Positions 9,605-20,240 of a DNA stretch of 64,000 nucleotides are shown here, piece by piece. A program made the position numbers and the translations under genes. This stretch comes from Chloroflexota bacterium (lineage in GTDB: Bacteria; Chloroflexota; Anaerolineae; UBA2200; JACIWT01). How positions within the stretch are numbered: the stretch's first letter is position 1; each line of letters begins with the position of its first letter. The stretch spans positions 16,248-80,247 of the forward strand of contig JACIWT010000005.1 of NCBI GenBank assembly GCA_014360825.1, read 5' to 3'. Under the pieces are notes generated by a model. That model worked only from the letters and a program-made list of their open reading frames with translations. It had not been told where the DNA came from and did no database searches.

Positions 9605-11326
9605 CTACCGGATCTGCACCCAGGGCTGCATCATCTGCGCCAGCCAGTTGCAGTATGGCACCGAGCGAAGGATTTCGTTCCCGCCTACTACCAGGCCATC
9701 GAGCATCTGTTCGAGCTGTAGCCTCAAGCGTGCCCCCGCAGGTGCACGCAGATGGATCACGAGGGTGGCCCGCTCGTTGGGCAACATAGGTACGCCCACG
9801 ATGCTGGCGGGCAGGGCTATGACTCGCAACGTCCCATCGGCCTGCAATTCCATGTTCTCCAGGCTCGTCCACCGCCCAGCCAACTCCCCTGGCTCGATAA
9901 TGACTGCTACGCTGTCGAGGACCTCACCGATGAAGTTCAGGTTCATAGCGCGTTCCACGCCCCCGTTCACCACGGAGAGAGAGAATGCCTCTTCGTAGAA
10001 GCCGGTCGCCACCTGACCGCATTCGATGGGTATCTCGCCGGCCACGACGATGACGTTGTGGATGGCTGCGTTGTTGGAACATGGCACCAGGCGCTGGCCA
10101 TAACCTCCAGGCAGCGGGTCATATTCTGCATCTATCAGGCCCATGATGCAGAAGTGCCCTGTCACCTGCGGCACATCCCACGGGATCACTACAATCCGCG
10201 TTTCTCCGACGCGGAAGAGAGGGATGATCTGCTCGCCGACGTAGGTCGTGTCCTCCGGGTAGCGTAGGCCCATCGCCGCCAATGCCATCTCCGCCCAGAC
10301 GCGCACGTTAGTAGCGTCGTGGGGCCCAAGATTGCGCACTCGCAAGTAGATGTAATTCCGCTGCCCTGGCTGTGGATACTGGTATTCCGTCCCATTGTCC
10401 TGGATGCGGCGCACCCACACATCCGGGCTCGACCACCAGGGTTCAGGTTGACATACACTGCCGTCATCGTCTTCCCGGTCTCGGATCATGAGGTCGTATC
10501 CTGGCGGCAGAGGTGGTGAGTAGTCCTTGTGAATAATGGGCAGGAACACGAAGAAAGGACCTGGCGTACGGGTGACGGAGGGCGTTACGCTGGGGGTCGG
10601 TGTGAGAAGCGCTGTCTCCGTGGGTGTGGGCGAATGGCTTGGCGACGGAGTAGCAGTTGGCGTCAGCGTTTCACTGAGCGTGGGCGTTGGTGTTGCGGTC
10701 TCGGTTGGTGTTGGAGTGTCCGTCGGCACTGGGGTCCATGCGATACATTCTTCTGGCCAGTTGTACCCAGAGAACCACAGACCGCCCGGCAACTCGACAT
10801 AATCCCATCCGGCACCATAGCGGTCTATGGCCCACAGATCTATCTGCAGGCTCCCGCATTCCCACCAGTTGATGTCGGTCCAATCGGTAAGGCGGCGCAG
10901 GTCAAAGACGAGTTCGACGGCGAACTGCCCAGGTCCCAAGTACAGGGAAGGTCGCGCTTCCCAGGCCCACTGTTCTGTGCTGCGGTAATTGGTGCGGATG
11001 CTGAGACATGGCGGATCGTTATCGAGATCACCGTAGCCGTAAGGGGAGACGGCAGACTGGACAACGAGGGGGATGTTGACGGGGCCGGTGTCGGACGACC
11101 GCTCGCCGCGGAAGGTGAGGAACCAGGGCTCCGTATTGGAGAACTGGACGCTGATGCGTACGCCCCGAATTGTGGGCGGGGGTAACTGACCCTCATACCA
11201 GCGCCCTGTCTCCACCCAGTAACAACCTGGCGGCGGTGGCTCAGCGATCGCGACCTGAGGCCCCAGGAGGGCCATCCAAAAAGCCGTCAGGACCACGCCG
11301 ATTATGCGCGATCCTCGCATTCCCAT
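9605..11326 (-). CDS. secreted hypothetical protein with a PT-rich linker (573 aa)
   Basis: Signal peptide ([28 protein letters not shown]), an N-terminal domain, a linker [15 protein letters not shown]...TPSVT, the motif [12 protein letters not shown], and a roughly 300-aa C-terminal domain of unknown family. Confidence 0.65.
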   Translation of the reverse strand: MGMRGSRIIGVVLTAFWMALLGPQVAIAEPPPPGCYWVETGRWYEGQLPPPTIRGVRISVQFSNTEPWFLTFRGERSSDTGPVNIPLVVQSAVSPYGYGDLDNDPPCLSIRTNYRSTEQWAWEARPSLYLGPGQFAVELVFDLRRLTDWTDINWWECGSLQIDLWAIDRYGAGWDYVELPGGLWFSGYNWPEECIAWTPVPTDTPTPTETATPTPTLSETLTPTATPSPSHSPTPTETALLTPTPSVTPSVTRTPGPFFVFLPIIHKDYSPPLPPGYDLMIRDREDDDGSVCQPEPWWSSPDVWVRRIQDNGTEYQYPQPGQRNYIYLRVRNLGPHDATNVRVWAEMALAAMGLRYPEDTTYVGEQIIPLFRVGETRIVVIPWDVPQVTGHFCIMGLIDAEYDPLPGGYGQRLVPCSNNAAIHNVIVVAGEIPIECGQVATGFYEEAFSLSVVNGGVERAMNLNFIGEVLDSVAVIIEPGELAGRWTSLENMELQADGTLRVIALPASIVGVPMLPNERATLVIHLRAPAGARLRLQLEQMLDGLVVGGNEILRSVPYCNWLAQMMQPWVQIR

Positions 11327-11459
11327 TTGTCCTTCCTCCTCCCTGGGCGCCCAGGTGGTACCTCTCTAATGTGAATACCGTAATCGGGAGCTTCGTAGAT
11401 ATTATACCATATATTCTATCGGATGTCCACTCTCTTTCCGCTCCAGAAAAGGGAAATTT

Positions 11460-11488
11460 TTGACGGCGACCGAGGGCCAACGTATAAT
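11460..11488 (+). promoter_or_regulatory. consensus sigma70 promoter TTGACG-17-TATAAT
   Basis: Perfect -10 element and 17-nt spacer. The 5'UTR carries a hairpin AAGCGTT-CAA-AACGCTT at about 11534-11552. Confidence 0.55.
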
Positions 11489-11565
11489 CTGGGTCGCCAG
11501 CAAAATTCTTTGCTCTCAGACCACTTGGCCGGGATAAGCGTTCAAACGCTTACTACGAGGGGAGA

Positions 11566-12090
11566 ATGAATATGGAAATTCAGGTCCTGGTGGCCTACGC
11601 GACCAAGTATGGTGCCACGGCGGAGATTGCCGAGAAGATCGGTCAGGTGCTTCGTCAAGCGGGTTTTCACACCGATGTGTTGTCTGCAGATCGCGTCGGC
11701 GACCTGGCCGCCTACCGGGCAGTTGTGCTGGGAAGTGCAGTGTACATGGGCCAATGGCGCAAGGAAGCGGCTAACTTTCTGGAAAACAATGAGAAGATGC
11801 TATCCGAGCGGCCGGTGTGGCTTTTTTCCAGTGGGCCCACCGGCAAGGGAGACCCGGTACAGTTGGTGAAGGGCTGGCGTTTCCCTGAGGCGCTGCAACC
11901 CGTTGCTGACCGCATCCGACCCCGCGACGTTGCCCTCTTCCATGGCAGGCTGGATATGAACAAACTCAGTCTGGCTGAGAAACTGATCGTTAAGGGTATC
12001 AAGGCACCGGTGGGCGACTTTCGGGATTGGGATGCCATCATTTCTTGGGCTGCGGGCATCGCGGATGCGCTTAGGGGGGCGTTCTCGTAA
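11566..12090 (+). CDS. flavodoxin-like protein (HemG / NAD(P)H-dependent FMN reductase-like)
   Basis: MEIQVLVAYATKYGATAEIAEKIGQVL has a flavodoxin-like fold. The ATG at 11572 has better RBS spacing (GAGGGGAG). Confidence 0.65.
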   Translation: MNMEIQVLVAYATKYGATAEIAEKIGQVLRQAGFHTDVLSADRVGDLAAYRAVVLGSAVYMGQWRKEAANFLENNEKMLSERPVWLFSSGPTGKGDPVQLVKGWRFPEALQPVADRIRPRDVALFHGRLDMNKLSLAEKLIVKGIKAPVGDFRDWDAIISWAAGIADALRGAFS

Positions 12091-12118
12091 CCCTTGGCGA
12101 TGCGAAAGCACGCAGAAC

Positions 12119-15100
12119 CTATATTTCTTCCCACACCATTGCCAGTGCCTCGCGGCGGAAACCGAGTGATTCGAGGAGGGTTGCGGCACTACTATCCAGC
12201 ACTGGCTGACCATCCCACATCGTCAGAGTAATGCGTCGTGGCCGTGAGGCCAGGCCGCCGGGTGCGGTCAGATGTTCGATGCACAGTCTCATCGCCCGAC
12301 CTATCACCGCCTCTTCGATGCCCGGCATTGTAGTCACTCTCTCTGCATTCTCTAGCAGCAGGATAGGCTGGCCGCGCCGCAACACGAGGTAGGTGGAAGG
12401 CAGGCGGGCGAAGCGCATCGGGTTGCGCTCCGGTGGCAGGGCAGCACCTGTCTCTGCCAGCGCCGGGCCGAACGGATTCGCTGGATCGGTCGCGTTCAGT
12501 AACACTAACTCTTCTGACCCTCCAGCCTCCGGCGCGTTCCACTGCCGTAGTCGCTCTACTGCCTCGGGCAAAGCGAATTGCACCCCTGGCAACCCGCGCA
12601 CGAAATAGCCTCGTCGCACCTCCCCGCGCATCTCCATGAGCAAGAATTGCGGGTACAGCGCTGTCCAATCCCATGAGCCCTCTTCGTTCGCCAGGCTCTC
12701 GCGGGTAACGATGCCATAGCGGGCCAATAATTGCCTGGCCTGGCGCCACACCCGCTCTTCGGGCGACGCGTCTTTCCCCCACACGCCGAGGCGATGCACC
12801 AGCGACCAACGGCCGCTCCAGCGGGGTACCACTTGGGTGCGCCGGGCAGCGGCGCGCTTAGCAGCGTAGTAGCGTTCTCGCGTCAGTGGGCGGGGCTCGC
12901 GACGGGCGCGCCACTCGGCCAGTTCTTCTTCCAACGAACTCAGCGGGCGACGCTCACCCGCCTCCCCAGCGGAGCCGTGAGCCAAAACCTCGCGCATGGC
13001 CGTCAGCGTGTCGTTGGTGACGATGCCAGCCATCACCAGTTCCACCAACGCCTTGCTCAGGGTCTCGGCTTTCAGCCCGAGGCCCGCCTGCAAATCGGTG
13101 GTGAAGCACGCTCCCTCCGCCTTGAGGAAATCCCAGACGGCGCGGGCGTGATCACTCAGTTCGGCAATGGCCTCGGGGTCTGGTTCCGGCTGCAGGAAAT
13201 AGGCCCCCTCGCCGCGGAAAAGGAAGCGAATGCGACTCCGGCGGGGGTCCTTGCCGCCCGAACCCACCCACACTACCTCTCCGCGTTGGCAGAGTTCTTC
13301 TAAATCGGCGGGATTGAAGTCCCATAAACGGTAGCGCAGTAGGTCCCGTTCCCACACCAGGCCGGGAGCAGGTGCGCCGCGGAGTTGTTGCAATATGCTG
13401 GTGAGGCCCCCCATCCCAGACAAGCGTTCTGCGGGGTGACATTTCTGCCAGCGAGTTAAGAAATCGGCGTAGGCGAAGAGGGAAACCGGCTGGATCTCTT
13501 TTCGCAGTAAGGTCAGCGTCTGGCGATGAATGCGCTCCAGGTTGCGCCGGTCGCACCATTGGACCTCCGTCGCTCCTGGCGTCAATCGCCCGGAGACCAC
13601 ATCGCCCGCCTCCACCATCGCTTTCAAGGCTTCATCCAGCCATTCGCCGGGGAAGCCGTAGCGCCCCTGGATCTCAGCGCGGGTCAGTGGGCCGTGGTTC
13701 TGGAGATAACGGCGCAGAATAGTCCAACAGGCCTCTTCGAGCGGGTGCTGCGGCCGGAGCAAATCAGCGGGCAGGGGGACGGGTGGGATCGGCGGTAGCC
13801 CGAAGGCGTCGCGATAGAGGGCGTAGCGCTCCGATGCAATCCATCGCCGACAAGGGCCATCGGGGGTGGCTATTTCCACTTGGAGAGCGCGATGGCTGTC
13901 GGCGAGCCCCTCGAGCCAGGTTCGGGCATCCTCGGAGCAGCGGGCTGCGATTTCCTCCGTCGTCAGGTCGCCTGCTTCGTAGAGAAGGATCGCCAGTTCA
14001 TCGGGTGTGCGGGCGCGATAACCTTCCTCGATGCGCTGGAGTTGGCGGTCCACAATCTGGACGGCCTCTGGTTTGAGCAAATCGGGCAAGGCTGCCTCAT
14101 CGAGCAGTTGCGCCAACATCTCGCGGCTGAGGGATAGGGTTGCCATCTGCCGCTCCGCCTTGGGCATATCCCACTCATACATATAAACAGCTGTGAAGTC
14201 GAAGAGCAGCCCTTGGGCCACGGGCGATGGCACTATGGTCTCGGCGGTTACCACCCGGATATCGCCCGACTGGATTTTGCCCAGCACCTCCTCCAGATGT
14301 GCCAGATCAAGCACATCGCGCAGGACATCGCGATAGGTTTCGGCGATGATGGGAAAGTCCGGGAAGCCCTTGGTCACGGCGAGCAGGTCCTTCGCCCGCA
14401 GCCGTTGCAGCCAGAAAGGTGTGCGTTTGCGTCTGCCCCCAGCGGTGGGGAGGAGCAAGGCCCGGGCGGCATTCATGCGAAATTGCGCCCCGAACAACGC
14501 TGAGTTGGGCAACTCGGCCAACAAACGTTCGCGGACCTCCTTGGGCCCCATCTCGCGCACCAGATTGACGGGTGGTTCGCCGTCAGCGTCCAGGAAACGG
14601 AATAGGATACCATCGTCGTTGACTTGTACTTCCACATCGCGACCAGTGCGCTCGCGCAGGGCGTGGGCCAGGGACAGCGCCCAAGGGCTGTTCACTCGTG
14701 CCCCGAAGCAGGAGTGGATGACCATGCGCAAATCGCCCAGGGCATCGGTGAAGGTCTCCACAATGATGGTCTGATCCGATGAGATTGCGCCCAGCACATC
14801 CAATTGGTGTTTTACATAACGTAGGAGAGTGTAGCCCGAGTTCTCGTCGAGTTTGTACTGTTGTTGGAGAAAGTCCAGGATGGCTTGGGCTTCCTCTGGC
14901 CAGGGGGCTTCGGGGTCATCGGGCAAAGGCGGCAGGTCGCGCACTCGCTCGGCCAGTTCTCGCCGGAAACGACCCACGAGCATCCCCAGATGATAGTCGC
15001 GGCGGGGGAGATCGCCCCTCCAGAAGGGCATGCGGGGCATAGCGCCGGTCGCGTCGGCCACAATCACCCGATCCTGCGTGATCTCGATCACCCGCCAGGT

Positions 15101-16837
15101 GTTCGCTCCCAGGGTGAATACATCGCCCGGGCGAGTTTCGTAGACGAATTCTTCGTCCAGTTCGCCGATCTTGGTCTTGCCATCGGGCAGGTAAGCGCCG
15201 AACGCGCCTCGGTCTGGGATGGTGCCGCCGTTGCGGATGGCCAATAGCCGGCTGCCAGGCAGGGCGGCCAGCCGGTTATACACTCGATCCCAAGCGATGC
15301 GGGGTCTCAGTTCGCGGGCCACGGTGCTCGGGTATTTGCCCGAGAGCATATCCAGCACCGAGTGATAGAGGTCTGGGGTGAGTTTCTGGTAGGCGTAAGA
15401 CTGGCGCACGACTTCGTAGAGTTCGTTCGCCTCCCAGTCCTGCACAGAGACAGCAGCCACGATCTGCTGGGCCAGCACATCCAGGCAGTTTTGCGGAGTG
15501 TACGTCGGTTCGACGTCGCCATCCAGTATAGCGCGGGTTACTGCCGCCGCTTCCACCAAATCCTCGCGGTGCGTGGCGAAAATGCGGCCCACGCTGGTCT
15601 GGCCTACCAAGTGCCCAGATCGCCCGATGCGCTGCAAGCCCCGGGCAACTCCCTTGGGCGATTGCAGTTGCACCACCAAATCCACCGAGCCGATGTCTAT
15701 TCCCAGTTCCAGGCTGCTTGTGCCCACCAGTGCAGGCAGCCTGCCTTCCTTCAGCGCGTGTTCCATTTCCAGGCGCGCCGTCTTGGAGATGCTGCCATGA
15801 TGTGCGCGGAATGGCCCGCCCACTGCCCCCGTGCCGAAGAACCCTGCCCCTTTGGGCACACCGCCGGGAGCCAGTGCCTCGGTTGTGCCTGGGGGCAGTT
15901 CCTCTCGTTCCTCGACGGCATACTGCTCATTCAGTCGGTCGGCGGTGCGTTCGGCTTGGCGACGGCTATTGGCGAAGATCAGTGTGGTGCGGTGGCGACG
16001 TATTAGATCCAGCACTCGGGGGATGGCGGCTGCCCACAGCGACCCACCGGGCAGGTCGCGGAAATCGCGGGCCACGGTGATCACCTGCAAGTCGAGTGGT
16101 TTAATCAGCCCGGCGTCCACGATCGTGACGGGGCGCGGCTCCAGCCGCCGTTCACCATCCGCGGATGTAACCCATTCCTGACCGCCTAAGAACCGCGCTA
16201 CCTCTTCCAGCGGTCGTTGCGTGGCCGAGAGGCCGATGCGTTGGATGGGATGGCTCGCCAGGTGGGCCAACAACTCGACGCTCAGAGAAAGGTGCACTCC
16301 GCGCTTGTTGCCGCAAAGGGTGTGGATCTCGTCCACGATGAGGGTGCGCACCTGACGCAGCATCCCCCGCGCTTGGGGGCTGGTGAGGATGAGGTACAGT
16401 GACTCGGGTGTGGTGATGAGGATATGGGGTGGCTGCCGGACCATACGCATCCGCGCCGAGGCTGGCGTGTCGCCGGTGCGTACTGCCACCCGCAGCGGGT
16501 GGAGGGGCGTGCCCATCTCCTTCGCCACTCGGCGGATGCCCGCCAATGGTGCACGCAGGTTGCGCTCGATGTCATTGTTCAGCGCCTTGAGTGGCGAGAC
16601 GTAGAGCAGTTCGACCCCCTCTGGCTCCTCTCCGGCAGCCATCTTCTCGTAGAGAGCATTGATACCCCACAGGAAAGCGGCCAGGGTCTTGCCGGAGCCG
16701 GTGGGCGAGAGGATCAAGGTGTGCTCACCACGCTGGATGGGCGGCCAGCCCAGCGCTTGGGGTGGCGTGGGCTGGCGGAAGGTCTCCGCGAACCATGCCC
16801 GGACAGCGGGCATGAAAGCGCTTAGTGGGTCAGACAT
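12119..16837 (-). CDS. lhr: Lhr-family large ATP-dependent DEAD/DEAH-box helicase (1572 aa)
   Basis: Walker A LILSPTGSGKT, DEIH box, helicase C, and the long Lhr-specific C-terminal region. The ATG at 16837 is preceded by a GGGGAG RBS. The ORF upstream of it is artefactual. Confidence 0.9.
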   Translation of the reverse strand: MSDPLSAFMPAVRAWFAETFRQPTPPQALGWPPIQRGEHTLILSPTGSGKTLAAFLWGINALYEKMAAGEEPEGVELLYVSPLKALNNDIERNLRAPLAGIRRVAKEMGTPLHPLRVAVRTGDTPASARMRMVRQPPHILITTPESLYLILTSPQARGMLRQVRTLIVDEIHTLCGNKRGVHLSLSVELLAHLASHPIQRIGLSATQRPLEEVARFLGGQEWVTSADGERRLEPRPVTIVDAGLIKPLDLQVITVARDFRDLPGGSLWAAAIPRVLDLIRRHRTTLIFANSRRQAERTADRLNEQYAVEEREELPPGTTEALAPGGVPKGAGFFGTGAVGGPFRAHHGSISKTARLEMEHALKEGRLPALVGTSSLELGIDIGSVDLVVQLQSPKGVARGLQRIGRSGHLVGQTSVGRIFATHREDLVEAAAVTRAILDGDVEPTYTPQNCLDVLAQQIVAAVSVQDWEANELYEVVRQSYAYQKLTPDLYHSVLDMLSGKYPSTVARELRPRIAWDRVYNRLAALPGSRLLAIRNGGTIPDRGAFGAYLPDGKTKIGELDEEFVYETRPGDVFTLGANTWRVIEITQDRVIVADATGAMPRMPFWRGDLPRRDYHLGMLVGRFRRELAERVRDLPPLPDDPEAPWPEEAQAILDFLQQQYKLDENSGYTLLRYVKHQLDVLGAISSDQTIIVETFTDALGDLRMVIHSCFGARVNSPWALSLAHALRERTGRDVEVQVNDDGILFRFLDADGEPPVNLVREMGPKEVRERLLAELPNSALFGAQFRMNAARALLLPTAGGRRKRTPFWLQRLRAKDLLAVTKGFPDFPIIAETYRDVLRDVLDLAHLEEVLGKIQSGDIRVVTAETIVPSPVAQGLLFDFTAVYMYEWDMPKAERQMATLSLSREMLAQLLDEAALPDLLKPEAVQIVDRQLQRIEEGYRARTPDELAILLYEAGDLTTEEIAARCSEDARTWLEGLADSHRALQVEIATPDGPCRRWIASERYALYRDAFGLPPIPPVPLPADLLRPQHPLEEACWTILRRYLQNHGPLTRAEIQGRYGFPGEWLDEALKAMVEAGDVVSGRLTPGATEVQWCDRRNLERIHRQTLTLLRKEIQPVSLFAYADFLTRWQKCHPAERLSGMGGLTSILQQLRGAPAPGLVWERDLLRYRLWDFNPADLEELCQRGEVVWVGSGGKDPRRSRIRFLFRGEGAYFLQPEPDPEAIAELSDHARAVWDFLKAEGACFTTDLQAGLGLKAETLSKALVELVMAGIVTNDTLTAMREVLAHGSAGEAGERRPLSSLEEELAEWRARREPRPLTRERYYAAKRAAARRTQVVPRWSGRWSLVHRLGVWGKDASPEERVWRQARQLLARYGIVTRESLANEEGSWDWTALYPQFLLMEMRGEVRRGYFVRGLPGVQFALPEAVERLRQWNAPEAGGSEELVLLNATDPANPFGPALAETGAALPPERNPMRFARLPSTYLVLRRGQPILLLENAERVTTMPGIEEAVIGRAMRLCIEHLTAPGGLASRPRRITLTMWDGQPVLDSSAATLLESLGFRREALAMVWEEI

Positions 16838-16870
16838 TGTCTCCCCTGTTAGCACACATGTTCGGATGCT

Positions 16871-16899
16871 ATTATAGCACACCTTTGCGCAGGCGCAAA
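16871..16899 (-). promoter_or_regulatory. lhr promoter (minus strand: TTGCGC-16-TATAAT) overlapped by a perfect 16-bp palindrome TTTGCGC-AG-GCGCAAA (16884-16899), a candidate operator
   Basis: Read directly. The -10 element is ATTATA on the plus strand at 16871-16876. Confidence 0.45.
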
Positions 16900-16957
16900 A
16901 GGGCACCGTAGCCAAGGCGCTGACGGACTCGGTTTTGAACTCGCGAACGACCGGCTG

Positions 16958-17031
16958 TTATTATTAGTATTAATATGCTGCTGCTGTTGCGGTGTGAACT
17001 TAGATCTGTGCACCAGCAGCAGCAATAATAA
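16958..17031. repeat. AT-rich imperfect inverted repeat with triplet repeats: TTATTATT..(GCTGCTGCTG)..27 nt..(CAGCAGCAGC)AATAATAA
   Basis: Two 10-bp arms and two 8-bp arms, plus a palindromic TATTAATA. This is an isolated AT-rich element in GC-rich DNA between the lhr promoter and the stop of the upstream gene. Confidence 0.5.
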
Positions 17032-17316
17032 TCAATATTCGGACACCGGCGTCGTCATCCGTGTCGTCACGGATGTCCGCGAACCCCGGTCACTCGTGTC
17101 CGGTCTGTGGAATACCGGTCTGAAAGGTCCCCGACTGGGGCTGTGACTGCGATTCCCTTCCCCATAGGTTGGGAATTGGCCCAATGAGATGAAGAGTCGG
17201 GGTTCACAAAATATCCCTTGCGAGTCCTCGACCGGAGTGCGTCCGGGGTCGCAAATGGTGCCCTTCGGGGCGTGCTCGGGTGAGCCGAGGGCTATATAGT
17301 CCGCCTGATGCGGAGA

Positions 17317-18639
17317 TCAAGGGAGCAGGATGGGTGCGATGTCCTCTGTGCTGTAGACGGCGAAATCCCGTTCCGGGCCCCACAGGTAGAGAGCCGGGCC
17401 GACGATGGCTATCTGGTCTCCGTGGTTAGAGTCGAGGGGCACTTCATCTGCTTTTGTGCCATCACGCGCATCCACTGCCACCAGCATTGCCCCCTCGTCT
17501 GTCTCGGCAATCGTGAAGACAAGGCCATTGGCCACGGCCAGACACGGACGGGAAGTGGGCAGCGGCCATTGCACCTCCCAACGCAGCGTCCCATCGGCTG
17601 CATCAAACGCCTGGAGGCGATCGGTGATGCGCACGAAGACCATCCCATAGGCAACAGCCATACCTGAATTGGCAGGGGATGCCAGCGGCGGATATTTGTA
17701 CGCCTCCTGTGTCCAGATGACCTCGCCTGTCACCTTGTCCAATGCCATCAGACCATTCGCCATCGCCAAGTAAAGCCGCTCTGCATCCTGCGCGGCGAAG
17801 GTGAGCGCCCACTCGGTAGACTCACCGGCGGGCGGGAGGTCGCGCTCCCATTGCAGCATGCCCATCACCGGGTCTACCACCTTGACCTGCGTGCCACCAG
17901 AAGGCTGGCAGTTAAGCAGGTAGATGCGCATCTCGTCTTGTAGGACGTAGAAGGGATACTCGTCCTTGCCGGTGTCCCACATCCAATAGGATCTGCCGGA
18001 GCGTATCTCCAGGCTGGCGGTCAGGTTGCGGTCCAACAATATCATGGTCCCGTGGGCCAATGAGGTGAAGTAACTGCGGTCGTCGAGGCTGGGCAGGAGC
18101 CAGAGTACTGCACCATTCACCGCATCGTACACCCGCAACTGCGAGGTCGTTGTGCCAGGTGCACCGTGAGCATACGTGAAATTGATGGCCAGCATATCCT
18201 TTGAGAGGGCTAAAGATCCGGTTACCGGCCCTAAATTCGGTACTTCCAGATCGAACACGCTTTGTTCCCAGAGGATGTCCCCTGTGTTCTGATCTGCACA
18301 GTACACTTTGCCCTGGTCGGTCAGGAGGTATAACTTCCCGTTTGCGCCGGCGAGGGCTACAACCAGCGCTTTCCCCTCTTCACGCGGCCAAGCCCAGACC
18401 TGGCGCAGCGGGGCGCGGATAAGCGACCCCGGATTCAAGTGGTTCGTCTGTCCCAGGCCGTCGCTGTTGGGCCAGGCATCGGCGTTGGGATCCGGTGGGG
18501 CTATGGTTGGGGCCGGCGTAAGAGTGAGCGTGGGAAGCGGGGTGGGCGTAGATGGCGGGGCCGGGGAGCACCCCCAGGCCAGCGCGGCTATCGCCAGGAG
18601 CGCGAGCAAGGTCACGATGAGTGATGGATACTTGGGCAT
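17317..18639 (-). CDS. PQQ-like (BamB-type) beta-propeller repeat lipoprotein
   Basis: Lipoprotein signal ALAWGC, a PT linker, and repeated VYCADQNTGDILWE / LRVYDAVNGAVLW / LDKVTGEVIWTQ / AFDAADGTLRWE units. The ORF extends upstream to 18729. Confidence 0.7.
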   Translation of the reverse strand: MPKYPSLIVTLLALLAIAALAWGCSPAPPSTPTPLPTLTLTPAPTIAPPDPNADAWPNSDGLGQTNHLNPGSLIRAPLRQVWAWPREEGKALVVALAGANGKLYLLTDQGKVYCADQNTGDILWEQSVFDLEVPNLGPVTGSLALSKDMLAINFTYAHGAPGTTTSQLRVYDAVNGAVLWLLPSLDDRSYFTSLAHGTMILLDRNLTASLEIRSGRSYWMWDTGKDEYPFYVLQDEMRIYLLNCQPSGGTQVKVVDPVMGMLQWERDLPPAGESTEWALTFAAQDAERLYLAMANGLMALDKVTGEVIWTQEAYKYPPLASPANSGMAVAYGMVFVRITDRLQAFDAADGTLRWEVQWPLPTSRPCLAVANGLVFTIAETDEGAMLVAVDARDGTKADEVPLDSNHGDQIAIVGPALYLWGPERDFAVYSTEDIAPILLP

Positions 18640-18844
18640 TGTATGGGTGAAACCTCCAGCGCAAAGTGAGTTTATTTTATCCGCGAGGCGGGTTTTCGGC
18701 AAGCAGGATAGGAGCGAGGATAGATGCAAGTACTCAGTGATTGGGGGGCTGGGGCGGACTGTCGCCTGCCCCAGCCCGAGTCCGACTACGGATAGTTGCG
18801 CAGCACCAGCGGCAGGCGGACTTGGAATGGCATGCTTGGCACAC

Positions 18845-20086
18845 CTACCTCATATCCAAACCAATAGCCCAAGCCGACCCCATGATGGGCGCTGGTCGAG
18901 GCTCCGATGGCCGATAATGCCCCTGTTCCCATCGAGTATACTCGTCGTACATCTCTGGAAGTGTTCTCCATTGTACCTGGCCGGATTGCACGTAAGGCTG
19001 AATACTCTGTAACCATCTCTCCAAGAGCATTATGTCCAAAGGCGAGCCCAGACTCCAGGAGACGTAGTAGATGTTGACCTGATCTGGTTCAGCGTACGAT
19101 AACGCCTCTTCCAACTGCCGGATGAAAGTATCAATATCCTCCTGCGTGAACTCACATTTGGTCACAGAGCGTTGAGGGGAAGAGGCCTCCTCTTGCATAC
19201 AGGCAAGCCCTCCACTGGACGGCAGGAGGGCTAGCCTTCCATTGGGATCGTGGGTCAACCAGTCGCTGCCGCTGTTCATCCGCCAGGGGTGGATGCGGTC
19301 TCTGAGATCAGTTGGGAAGGGTTGGTGACAGGCGGCCGGATTGAGGCAATTGCGGAATTGCGGAGGACGCTTTTCCGGTGGCAGGGACATCACAGCATAG
19401 GCTACCTGGCCGCTGGTGAAGAGATAGCCCGCGTCGGCGGCCGCGGTCACCCAGTCGCAATGGGAGACTATGCCAGAGACGTGCCGCACGGTCACGCCCA
19501 GCGATTCCAGTTGCTCTTTCCGCGCCCGCAGGTCGGCGGCAAAGCGGCTGCAGTCATAATTCCTCTCCCCGCCGATATCGGCATGGACACCAATGCCATG
19601 CCCGCGTTGTTCCATCTCCTTGAGGACGTTATCATTCCAACGCAGACAGCCGTCGGTGAACTCTTTGCTCTCCAGTGTCAGGCGCGCCCCGTAACGTTCA
19701 AAAAGGTCAGCGTATTCCCGCACATGCGTTGCATGGGCATTGAATCGAGCCTGATTCTCACCATCCGGCCAGCCCTCCAGATGCACCATGATTCCCAAGT
19801 ACAGAACTGCTTGACCCTCGGAGGGCGCAGAAACCGTCGCAGTCGGCGCCTGTACCGGCGTGGTAGCCTGTGCGGCACAGTCTGCCGGGCAGTTGCGGGG
19901 ATTCTCCGGCCCATTGCAAACCCCATCCCCACAGCGAGCACGAGGTGAAAATGTTTGCGTCTCTGAAATGGTTGGGAGTGGGGTGGGGGGTGATGTGGTT
20001 GGAGATATGGCCGGTAGCGCACAAGCGGTTATTAGCATAATGAGGATGAAGAGGGGCAATGTGCACTTCCACGGCTTGGCAAACAT
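18845..20086 (-). CDS. hypothetical lipoprotein, Cys-rich N-terminal region and a possible carbohydrate-deacetylase-like/TIM-barrel domain
   Basis: Lipobox LITAC and a PT linker. The domain assignment is weak (the HVSGIVSHCDW region). Confidence 0.45.
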   Translation of the reverse strand: MFAKPWKCTLPLFILIMLITACALPAISPTTSPPTPLPTISETQTFSPRARCGDGVCNGPENPRNCPADCAAQATTPVQAPTATVSAPSEGQAVLYLGIMVHLEGWPDGENQARFNAHATHVREYADLFERYGARLTLESKEFTDGCLRWNDNVLKEMEQRGHGIGVHADIGGERNYDCSRFAADLRARKEQLESLGVTVRHVSGIVSHCDWVTAAADAGYLFTSGQVAYAVMSLPPEKRPPQFRNCLNPAACHQPFPTDLRDRIHPWRMNSGSDWLTHDPNGRLALLPSSGGLACMQEEASSPQRSVTKCEFTQEDIDTFIRQLEEALSYAEPDQVNIYYVSWSLGSPLDIMLLERWLQSIQPYVQSGQVQWRTLPEMYDEYTRWEQGHYRPSEPRPAPIMGSAWAIGLDMR

Positions 20087-20146
20087 AGGGTTGGACCTCT
20101 TTGAGACGTTGGGCTGAGACGTCGCTTGTTTGCTTGAGTACTGCCG

Positions 20147-20189
<43 letters not shown>

Positions 20190-20240
20190 GCGGGCAGCTG
20201 CAGCGGGTGTTAGGCGGCTCTTTGAGGATGTATCCAAACT

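Noticed and set aside
8799-10802. ORFs encoding VGVGV/SVGV-rich peptides (8799-9095 minus, 10536-10802 plus)
   Set aside because: They are antisense mirror images of the Pro/Thr-rich linkers of the two secreted proteins.
16900-16960. LexA/Cheo box (GAAC-N4-GTTC) in the lhr upstream region
   Set aside because: Only GAAC direct repeats are present (GAACTCGCGAACG), with no GTTC partner.
17040-17080. Recurrent CATCCG...CGGATG short hairpins (also at 45295-45322) as a possible repeat family
   Set aside because: The shared core is only 6-9 nt, and the contexts differ. This is probably coincidence in GC-rich DNA.
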